Shown here: piece by piece, positions 11,847-21,100 of the stretch
How the letters are laid out: every line of letters begins with the position of its first letter
Position numbering within the stretch: the stretch's first letter is position 1
Assembly (NCBI GenBank): GCA_964019335.1
Contig: OZ025708.1
Location: 248,001-312,000 of the forward strand
Direction: 5' to 3'
Length of the DNA stretch: 64,000 nucleotides
Source: Diplonema japonicum
Taxonomy: Eukaryota; Protista; Euglenozoa: Diplonemea
The notes under the pieces: generated by a model
Told to the model about the DNA's origin: nothing
What the model saw: only the letters and a program-made list of their open reading frames with translations
Database searches by the model: none
Translations under genes and position numbers: made by a program

Positions 11847-13604
11847 ATGTCACGATTAGAAGCCCCTGTGCGAGTATGTGTCAGGGTACGCCCGTTGAGC
11901 GAAGGGGAGAAGCGAGCAGGAGGGCGGTCGGCAATCACAGTGCAAAACGAAGATTCGCTCCAGACGACTCTACCCGTGGAGGGAGGCCGGAAGGTGGACG
12001 CACAGAAATGGAGATTCGACTGGATCCACAAGGACACGGACGAGCAGGAAGCCGTCTTTAAAAACTCGGAAATCGCAAGTTTAATCGACAAGGCGGCAGA
12101 GGGATATTCCTCGACTGTCTTCGCCTACGGGCAGACCGGGAGCGGCAAGACCCACACGATGCTAGGGCCTCCCGGGGAACTAACAGGGGTGATCCCAAAG
12201 TCCGCCGAGTATATTTTTGAAAATTTAACAGACACATGCACCTTGCAAGCATCGTTCCTTGAAATCTACAACGAAAACATATACGATTTGCTGGCGCCGA
12301 GCAGCGGGACGTTGCCTCTGCGATACACTCCGGCCTCGTCATCGTTCTTTGTTGAGAATGCGATCGTGGTGGCATGCGATAGTGAAGCAGACCTGCGGGA
12401 GGTCATTGCAGAAGGTGTCTCCAACCGATCGACAGCATCGCATATTATAAACGCAGACAGCTCCAGATCTCACGCAATCCTCACAATATTCTTTCAAAAC
12501 GGCAGAACGTTGGGGAAGCTCAATTTCGTGGACCTCGCAGGATCCGAGCGTCTGAAGGATTCGGGCAGCACCGGCGGCGCCCTCATCGAGTCATGCCACA
12601 TCAACAAATCTCTTTTAGCTCTCGGGCAGGTCATCACCGCACTCTCTGACGGGAAGAACGCATCATATATCCCGTACAGAGACTCGAAATTGACGAAAAT
12701 ACTAATGGACAGTCTTGGCGGTGCGTGCAAAACCACGATGATAGCTTGCATCACACAGTCGTCAACGTGCGTAGATGAAACTGTGAACACGTTGAAATAT
12801 GCAGCGCGTACACGATGCATCACCACAGCACCCGTCGTGCGCACGATGACGAAGACCGCCGATGCGAAGGATATGAAGTCGCGGTTGGAAGAACTGCGGT
12901 TGGAGAACGAAGCGTTGCGATCCGCGACAACGCCCGAACCCCCCCCGGCCCGCCCCGGGCTGCCGCCCGGGGCGAACCACGAATTGATATGCAGGCTGCA
13001 GGTTGAAAACGAACGTCTTCGAACAGAGAATCTCCGCTTGAAATCCTTGCAGTACAGCGGGCGGAACGACAGCGCAACCCAACACAACCACGGGGTGCTA
13101 CAGTTTGCGAGCAAGGCTTCGAAAAAAAACCTGGTCTTGCAGGATTTTTCAGAGGGTTCGAGCGTCACCCCGACAGAACGTTCTTCGGAGTCGCCCTTCC
13201 CTCAACACCACGACTCTATTATCAGTGAGCTGAAGGGTACCTTGGCCCGGGTGACACTCGAAGCGGATGCGCTGTCCAGAGGTGAAGGATCATGTCTGAA
13301 CGGTATCGCAGCTGTCGTGAAGGAAAACCTACGCTTGGTGGACACATTGGCGCGGTACGACATTCTGAAACACGCTTTTCCGTCAAGCCCTGTGTCGCCG
13401 CCCCGTAGATCTCATGACATATCTCAGAATGCTTACACCCAATCTCTCGAGGCGCAGGTCCGCCAGCTGCAAGCAGAAATCGAATCACTTACGATAGCCC
13501 CCGAACCCGATATGAAGCAACACATTTTGGAACGCCGGGAGCTTCGGTTGCAAAGAGAAACAAACGCGATGCTGCGGCTTGAAATCGCGAAGTTGAATAG
13601 ATGA
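11847..13604 (+). CDS. N-terminal motor kinesin with coiled-coil tail (585 aa)
   Basis: VRVRP, FAYGQTGSGKT, LEIYNE, SSRSH, VDLAGSE, IPYRDSKLT, TLKYA. Confidence 0.97.
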   Translation: MSRLEAPVRVCVRVRPLSEGEKRAGGRSAITVQNEDSLQTTLPVEGGRKVDAQKWRFDWIHKDTDEQEAVFKNSEIASLIDKAAEGYSSTVFAYGQTGSGKTHTMLGPPGELTGVIPKSAEYIFENLTDTCTLQASFLEIYNENIYDLLAPSSGTLPLRYTPASSSFFVENAIVVACDSEADLREVIAEGVSNRSTASHIINADSSRSHAILTIFFQNGRTLGKLNFVDLAGSERLKDSGSTGGALIESCHINKSLLALGQVITALSDGKNASYIPYRDSKLTKILMDSLGGACKTTMIACITQSSTCVDETVNTLKYAARTRCITTAPVVRTMTKTADAKDMKSRLEELRLENEALRSATTPEPPPARPGLPPGANHELICRLQVENERLRTENLRLKSLQYSGRNDSATQHNHGVLQFASKASKKNLVLQDFSEGSSVTPTERSSESPFPQHHDSIISELKGTLARVTLEADALSRGEGSCLNGIAAVVKENLRLVDTLARYDILKHAFPSSPVSPPRRSHDISQNAYTQSLEAQVRQLQAEIESLTIAPEPDMKQHILERRELRLQRETNAMLRLEIAKLNR

Positions 13605-13808
13605 TGCAAATATAGGTGGCACTACTTTCTTTCTTTTTTTTTTTTTTTTTCTTTCTTTCTTTCTGTTCCGTAGTAATTTTGTATTTTCTGTGGTTTTAGG
13701 TTTGTTTTTTTTTGTTTTGTTTTGTAGCCTGGGATGCGCAGTCCTATGTCACTTATCTGATTAAAGAATCTATGCAATCCTCTGAAAATAATTTTTAACT
13801 CTCGAGAG

Positions 13809-13842
13809 GTGGCTTCATCGTTGATGAGTCCCCGGGCCTTTA

Positions 13843-13892
<50 letters not shown>

Positions 13893-13946
13893 CTTGTTAG
13901 TTTTAGCGGTCCGGTGGGAAGGGACGAAACCGCATCACAGTCAACC
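13809..13946 (+). ncRNA. Dispersed repeat copy B: degenerate type I hammerhead-ribozyme-like motif with an A46 expansion in loop II
   Basis: TTGATGA (13821-27), GTCCC (13828-32)/GGGAC (13921-25), GAAA (13926-29) and GTC (13940-42). Helix II extends via CGGGCC/GGTCCG. C3 is replaced by T and stems I and III are damaged. Confidence 0.55.
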
Positions 13947-13985
13947 TTTAACCGGCAGCAAAGGGAGGGGGGGGGGGGGGGGGTG

Positions 13986-15743
13986 ATGTCTGAACCCACT
14001 CCGACATGGACGCAGCACCTTGAAAAAGATTTGCGACACCTCAGGGACAAGATACGTCAAGAGATAGAGGCTCTCTTGGAAAGGCGCAATGAGGCAGTTG
14101 AGTCACACGAGGTGACGAAGAGGGACGTCTGCCAGGAGCTCATATCAATGGGCGACATAGAAATCGACGACGTGGTGCAGAGAATAGAGGGAGCAAGACA
14201 GGAAAGAGCAAGGGAGAGAGAGGAGGAACAAGAAAAGAAAAAACCGCAGTGCAACGACCCCATGCTGCTCACCCGCGACACGTCTGTACACGAGACTGTG
14301 AAGAAAGCGTTTCACGACATCGATGCCCTGCACCACAAGCACGGCGTCTTGATAGAAAACTCCCAAAGCGCCACACTATTGTTCGCTGATCATTTCACTG
14401 CGCTCCGCCACGCCTCTACTGAAATAATTGACGATCTCCTCTTGCAGATACCGGTGGTTAGGTATACCGCACCGTATCAGGTGGACAAACAGTTCCCACG
14501 GTGTGAGGAGCCAACTGTTGATGATTTGCTACGGCAGAACGCGTACCTGGAACAAGCAGTGGTGGAGATACAGGCGCGAATAAACGGTCTGACCGGGCTA
14601 GGTGTTCTCAAGGAGGAAGCCTCACAACGTCGCGCGGCTGCGTTCAGCGACGAAAAATCAACGTTGCTTCGCGAGCTGTGCAGGCTCCGGCATGCTGGGT
14701 GCAGAACATCTCGATACATTAGAACGCAGAACCTATTCGAAACAGAAGAAGAGGAAAACGAAATATACAGCCAGGTCGGCATTGTTCGCGACATTGAGGA
14801 TATTGTCGCGAAGTGCAACGAAAGGTGGGCAGCCGAGGTGAAGATCCTGCAAACCAGACATGAAATACAGATCTCCGACCTGAAAAAATCGTGCAAAGCA
14901 CAGTTCAAAGAAGCGATCGTCACCACCGAAGAACTGGTGTCCGAAGCTTGTGGTAAGTACGAGCAGATACTGGACACGCAGACCCAAAAACACGCCGAGG
15001 AGATTTTCGAGCTGAAGACGAGTTCCTCCTCATCCTCTCTACACGCTTCTGCGTCAACCACCGGTCAGAGAAAATCCATTTCCCGTAAAGGAACACGTAC
15101 TGCAACTGCAGGATTTTCTTCCAAATCCGTTCAGACCGATAAAATGCTGGTGGCGATGGTTCCTCAGGTGTCTGCGTCAGCCGCTGTTGTCGACAAGCGA
15201 AACACATCGAACGAAGCGTGCCCCAACCCGGAAATATGTAGTGGTGGATTTGGTGGTGCAGCGGTGTCGTGGGAAGGCATTTTGCGGGGTCTCGAAAAGA
15301 ATTTTTTGGAGTTCGCAGGTCGTTACGAGGAGTTGTTCAGTGCATCTGTTCGAAAGCTTTTCTCGCAAGGGAAGGCAGAGAGGCCTGCTGCCCAGGAAGA
15401 CGATGAAATTTCTCAAACAGACATCGAGATGTCGTTTGATGCTGTTCCAACAGTTGTTTCCTTGATGCCCCACGCATCTATTCCCCCACCGCCTGCTTCA
15501 ATTCCAACCCCTGTTTCTAAGAAACCGTGTGGGAAGCGGTTTCACCGATCCGGGCCGCCGGTGACGGCCTTTCGTGTCTCGAAGGACAAACACAAGGGCT
15601 CTCTTTACTCGCAGCGGTTGCAGAAGTACAGCGGCAACGTTGTGGGGATGTCTTGTTGCAAAGCTTCGTACACACTGTCCGTTCCCCTGGCACGGGACCA
15701 CGAGCAGATGCAGAACACGATAGGGTGTAGAACATGTTCTTGA
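13986..15743 (+). CDS. Hypothetical coiled-coil protein
   Basis: Long ORF with heptad-rich segments. Start placed at ATG 13986; the upstream ORF extension reads through the repeat and homopolymers. Confidence 0.75.
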   Translation: MSEPTPTWTQHLEKDLRHLRDKIRQEIEALLERRNEAVESHEVTKRDVCQELISMGDIEIDDVVQRIEGARQERAREREEEQEKKKPQCNDPMLLTRDTSVHETVKKAFHDIDALHHKHGVLIENSQSATLLFADHFTALRHASTEIIDDLLLQIPVVRYTAPYQVDKQFPRCEEPTVDDLLRQNAYLEQAVVEIQARINGLTGLGVLKEEASQRRAAAFSDEKSTLLRELCRLRHAGCRTSRYIRTQNLFETEEEENEIYSQVGIVRDIEDIVAKCNERWAAEVKILQTRHEIQISDLKKSCKAQFKEAIVTTEELVSEACGKYEQILDTQTQKHAEEIFELKTSSSSSSLHASASTTGQRKSISRKGTRTATAGFSSKSVQTDKMLVAMVPQVSASAAVVDKRNTSNEACPNPEICSGGFGGAAVSWEGILRGLEKNFLEFAGRYEELFSASVRKLFSQGKAERPAAQEDDEISQTDIEMSFDAVPTVVSLMPHASIPPPPASIPTPVSKKPCGKRFHRSGPPVTAFRVSKDKHKGSLYSQRLQKYSGNVVGMSCCKASYTLSVPLARDHEQMQNTIGCRTCS

Positions 15744-15909
15744 GAAAGAGAATATTTCTCTTTTTTTTTTTTTTTTTTTTCTAACGAAAAAAAAAAAAAA
15801 GTAGTTTTTTTTTTTTTTTAAAGTTTTCACTGAACCCCAAGGGTTCGACCTGGTACAAATAAATAAATAAAAAAAGGAAGGGGGGAGAAAAAAAAAAAAA
15901 AAAAAAACA

Positions 15910-16977
15910 ATGCTGATTATCAATGTGGAGCTCCCATCTGTGGAGGGAGTAAAGACACTTCAAGTGAAATACAACCCGAATCCGGAAACAGTCATGGCAG
16001 AGTGCAGAAGGAAGCTCGGTGTCTCGGTCCCGATGGTTCTGTGCGAAGACCAAATAGACCACGCGGAGGCTAGCGACATTTTGAACGGCGGTAAGTACAA
16101 GTTAGTCCCAGTCTACCCAAAGGGCACGCGTGTACGGGCAAGCGGTATGGAAAAAAAACCAGAGCTGAATGGGAAGGAGGGTGTTGTCATCGTTCAAAAG
16201 GAAGGCCGGTACGGGGTGCTGTTTGACGACGGTGTGAAGGGTCTCCTGTCGGTGGGCAACATCACCGCGATAGACGAAAAAGCCGAGATCGCAAAAAAAA
16301 CATTCGAGAAGTTCGAGAAGATGACCTCCGGGTACACCGAGGGGTCTTTCATCCCCCCTCCCTCCGTCGTCGTCCCCGTACTGTCACGGGATGAACAACG
16401 ATCACTTATAGTGCAGCTTCGAAAGGAATATCCTAACTGCCCTGTCCGTGCTGCTGGCTACGCCTTGGTGTCCGCAAATTGGGATCTAGAATCCGCACAT
16501 TTGTTCCTCACTCCAGATCAACTAGCTCCTCCTGAAGAAACGGATGAAGTGGCCTGTGGGGCAATGGACAACCCCTCCCTTCGCAGAGTTGCAAAAGACG
16601 ACTCTGTAGGTGGAGCAGGTACAGCCGGCGTAATGTACAGCTGCCGAAAGTGCAGGCATAAACTGTTTACATCTGCAGAGGTGAAGCCGCACACTGCAGG
16701 TGAGGCCGTCGGGAAGAAAGAGTTCAAAAAGAAAAACGGCCAGGATCGATTGTCCTTCCAGGACTGCGGGTCCATTTTCATTGAAGAAAATTCCCTCGAC
16801 TGGCTTACCGAGCAGGCCGCAGTGCTCAGGGATGACATTAGGTGCCCCAACACAAAGTGCGGTGCAAAGATCGGACTATACAACTGGACAGGACAGCAGT
16901 GTTCTTGTGGTGTGTGGGTCAACCCTGCTCTCATGATGCAGCAGTCAAAGATGGATAGATTTGCCATAAGTGAATGA
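15910..16977 (+). CDS. Protein with DUSP12/Yvh1-type C-terminal zinc-binding domain, a UBA-like segment and no phosphatase domain
   Basis: YSCRKCRHKLF...CGSIF...CPNTKCGAKIG.YNWTGQQCSCG.WVNP. UBA-like ALVSANWDLESAHLFL. No HCxxGxxR motif. Confidence 0.8.
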   Translation: MLIINVELPSVEGVKTLQVKYNPNPETVMAECRRKLGVSVPMVLCEDQIDHAEASDILNGGKYKLVPVYPKGTRVRASGMEKKPELNGKEGVVIVQKEGRYGVLFDDGVKGLLSVGNITAIDEKAEIAKKTFEKFEKMTSGYTEGSFIPPPSVVVPVLSRDEQRSLIVQLRKEYPNCPVRAAGYALVSANWDLESAHLFLTPDQLAPPEETDEVACGAMDNPSLRRVAKDDSVGGAGTAGVMYSCRKCRHKLFTSAEVKPHTAGEAVGKKEFKKKNGQDRLSFQDCGSIFIEENSLDWLTEQAAVLRDDIRCPNTKCGAKIGLYNWTGQQCSCGVWVNPALMMQQSKMDRFAISE

Positions 16978-17251
16978 GAAAGAAAAAAAAAAGAAAAAAA
17001 GAACACACACCCCTGTAAAAACCTAACCTTCACTTACAGGTGTTTGTCGGGGTTTAAAAATAATGGGCCCTTTTTTTCAAAAGCCACATTTTTTTTTTTC
17101 TTACGTTTTCATCATTTCCTTTTTTTTCTTTAAAAAAAAAAACACCCCCCCCCATTTTTCACTGCTATTCTTTTTTTTTTTTTCGTTATTGTTATATTAT
17201 TGTGTTTCAGAAAATTGTAAAAGAAAAAAAAAAAAGGAAACAAGGAATGCC

Positions 17252-18085
17252 ATGACAACTGATTACAAAGAACTCTTAAAATATCTGATCGACACCTCGA
17301 ACACAGTATGCGGTGAGCTACCGTGGCTAAGATACACGGAGGACATATGGCAACACGGCAAGGTCGCAAAGAGCAGGAGGGAGCGGGACCCAGGCAAGGC
17401 GGCACGGTACCTCATCATGGAGATCATGAAAACGGAAGAGGTGGAAGGCTTTGGGACCACAGTCCTCGAAGCCAGCCCGGAACTGATAGGCCTGGTGCTC
17501 AAAAGTGCAGGGAGGCACCAACAGTTGAAGACCTTGCAGGACGTACAAAATAAAATCGATCTAAAAAAACTTCCACTGGACACTATCCCTACCGTGGTAT
17601 ACAACTGCCGTAACGTGATGGGCCGAAAACTCACGGAAGACGTCCTGCAGCACTACAGCTCATCTTCATGGGGGCACCTTGGGGTCTACTACTCAAACAT
17701 CGTGTTAAATCGAGCAAAATACCACAAGCTTAGCATCCCTGCTTCGCTCGAGGAATTCGTGTCCAAGTCTTCCGCCCCGTCATCCGGTCAAAACATCTTT
17801 TCGCTCCCCATGCCGCGGGCCTTAACCTTCCCCAAGCAAGTCTCCAGAGAATTCATCCACCGAAAAGGCTTCATCTACGAAAACGGCACCACCATAACGA
17901 AAGCCTTCGCACAGCACAGCAATGACCAATCTGTTCGAAACTGTATAGAAGAACATGTGGCATCGTTTGGGCTGCATTCATACTCGAACACAGACTTGAG
18001 CAGCATGGCGCGGCTGTGCAGGGGGGGGGAAACAAAGGGGAAACTACTTGAATGGGTGACATCTGCTTTAAAGAGGCGGAGGTGA
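17252..18085 (+). CDS. Hypothetical protein (277 aa)
   Basis: Coding-like ORF starting at the ATG after an A-tract; no recognised motif. Confidence 0.7.
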   Translation: MTTDYKELLKYLIDTSNTVCGELPWLRYTEDIWQHGKVAKSRRERDPGKAARYLIMEIMKTEEVEGFGTTVLEASPELIGLVLKSAGRHQQLKTLQDVQNKIDLKKLPLDTIPTVVYNCRNVMGRKLTEDVLQHYSSSSWGHLGVYYSNIVLNRAKYHKLSIPASLEEFVSKSSAPSSGQNIFSLPMPRALTFPKQVSREFIHRKGFIYENGTTITKAFAQHSNDQSVRNCIEEHVASFGLHSYSNTDLSSMARLCRGGETKGKLLEWVTSALKRRR

Positions 18086-18130
18086 TGACGACCAACCAAT
18101 ACCCTCTTATAATAAATTATTTCCAAAGGG

Positions 18131-18157
<27 letters not shown>

Positions 18158-18162
<5 letters not shown>

Positions 18163-21100
18163 GAGCCTGCAAGGTGTGAGGCCGTTCTTCCATTCCCACG
18201 TGGTGCAGCTGCTTGGTATTGACGGTGAGACTTTCAGCGGGGCAGCGGAACCTTTCGACATGGCGATCTCCGATTTTACGAGGGAAAACGGATGTTCCAA
18301 ACTGTTGTGGTACTCGGTGAAGGAGAAGCACATCATGGCCGCACAGGAGGCAAGGATAGAGAATGAGGACGCCATGAGCAACGCACACTCGGTGACGATG
18401 AGCATCGCGAGCACGACGGTGAGCACGTGTAGTTACAGCAGAGACGACGAATCAAGAGAATCGCATTCAACAACAAGCAGCGTCGCGGCACAGCAGCGAA
18501 TCATCGTCAGCACAGACAAGCTTCACTCCTTGGTACACTACAACTGTGTGTACTTCATTCGCGACCCGAAGGATACAGCTGTGATCACAGAGGACAATGT
18601 GGCGTCAAGGGTCTTCTGCGGTCTGCTTCGGACTGGAACGTTAACCAGCGACGCGCACATTTTAGCGTACCTCGTCGATCTTCTCGATAATGTATTCGTC
18701 CCGACGGTGAAGGACCGCACCGTGTTCGGGGAGCTAACCTGCATCCCAGGCGTTTCACCTCTAAAGATCCAAGAGGTCGCACAGTTCATGCAAAAAACCG
18801 ATTATTTCCGAAATCAGGTAAGCCGGGTGTGTGACGGGTTGAAGCTGACGATCACCCTCGCGAAGCCGACTAGGAGGTTTGGGATCGATTTCAACCAGAA
18901 AGCGTTTAACAAAGCGGCTGTGAAGAGGGAGGTGGTGGAGTGTTATGAGGTTACCGTTTCACAATGGATGCGGCAGATCGAGAAGATACTGTCGCAGAGT
19001 TTACACGACGGGGTGGACAGCACGAACGAGTTCATGCAGTTCGGGGACGACGACGGGCCCGACATCGAACTGGAGTACTGGAAGCGGAGAACCACGCAGT
19101 TGAACCACATCACAGACAACCTGCAAACCCGTGCGAACAAAACGATCCTCGGCGTCCTCCACGTTGCCGGAACCCGCGCTGCACACGTTATGTCAGAATG
19201 GGAAAAAGTTGAGGCCCACGTGACAGAGGCCGCCAACGAAGCCAAGGACAACACCAAATACCTCTCAACGCTTGAACAATTTGCCGAACCGTTGTTCTCA
19301 GAGGAGCCGAGGCTCGACTCCATCCAACTGTGCATCCCGGCCATCATCAATGCCATCAAAATGGTCCACTCCATCGCCAAGTACTACAACACCTCCGAAC
19401 GTCTCACCGGGCTTTTTGTGAAAATTACAAATCAGATTATAAAAACCTGCAGGCGGTACCTTGAACGGGACGGGTGTATATGGGATCAACCGCCAGAGGT
19501 TACCATTGATAATTTAAAAGCGTGCATCGAGCTGAAGGAGACTTATCTTTTCCATTTCAAACAAACGAAGGGCGAGATGGCGGCGAACGTGCTTGGCCCG
19601 CAGTTCGCGTTCCGAGAGGCGAGCATCTTCGGGAAGTTCGATTTGTTTTGCGGGAGGTTGGCGAAGATCGCTGACGTAATGCACGTCACGCGGCAATTTG
19701 ACCGCCTGAAACACGCCAACATCGAGCACATCCAACCCCTGTGTTCCGCATACAGAGCAATTCTTGAATCTTTGCGCTCCGCGTCAAATGGTTACCTTGA
19801 AGCTCGCCGCCGTGACTTCGATGCTGTCTACCAAGACTACAAGGTCAAAGTTCAGGAGTTGTCCACAGAACTGGTCGTGTTTCTGAACAATTCCTTCCTC
19901 GCGGTGAACAATACGACGAAGGCACTGCACCTTCTTTCTCGGTTCCGTGCTGTTGTGAACAACTCCCACATCAACAAGCTTTTGGAGGAGAAGCATGGTT
20001 CGATATTTATGTCTTATGGGAGGGATCTAGAGATGATCAAAGCGGTGTACGAGAAGTACAAGGCGAACCCGCCGTGCCACCGCAACACACCGCCCGTCTC
20101 CGGGGCCATCGCATGGGCCAGACAGCTGCAGAGGAAAATCGAGGAACCGATGATCGCGTTCCAAGACACCCCCGAGCTGCTCCGCACGAGGGACGCAAAG
20201 CGAATCATAAACACATACAATAAGGTAGCCAAAACATTTGTCATCTACGAGACGAGATGGTACGAAGCATGGGAACAAGTAATCCACGTGTCAAGAGCAG
20301 GATTACAAGCAACATTGCTCATATGCGACAGGCAAACTGGGAAGGTTTATGTAAACTTCGATCTAACCGTGAAACAGCTGATCAGAGAGGTGCACTGTCT
20401 TATACGGCTTGGGTTCCCGATACCCGCTGAGGCCCGGTCTGTCCACACGCAGCGAAAGGCGTATTTAGCATATGCAGAAGAGCTGCATTTCATGCTTGAC
20501 AGATACTACACTTTGATAGCCAAGATCTGTCCTCTGCACTGCGGGGTTATCATACCGCTTGTCAATAAGTTAAACGTAGCGATCAACCCTGGGTTGGTTC
20601 AGCTGACATGGACGTCTTTGAACATCTCCGGGTACATTAAAGGGGTGGACGTGGTGCTTCTCGAGGTGGAGATGGTCGTGGCGCGCGTGAATGGGATTTT
20701 GCGACACCGCATCGAGAGCAGCACGCTGCAGATGAAACACATCTCGTTCGTGTGCATGTCAGACGATTTGAGGCAGCCTGCAGCGTCTCCCCCATCTCCT
20801 TCAATCCCTGAGCTCCTAGCACAGCAACAGAAACACGTCCTTGAAACCTCCAAAAGGATCAGCGTGTTGAACTGTGAGGTTGCTGCCGCCACAAAGGAGA
20901 TCATCAACATCACCACAAGCCAGTACTCGGATGAAGAATTGGAATCCATCTCAGCCGCTGTGACCGAAATGTACACCACATTCGAACACGAGGTGTTCCA
21001 AGCGATCCTCCACGCCATGCAGCAGTCTGTTTTGTACTTGAAAAGCAGGATAACAGGCCCTTCCCATCGTGGCTCCGCGGGACCGGCAGCTTTTTTACAC

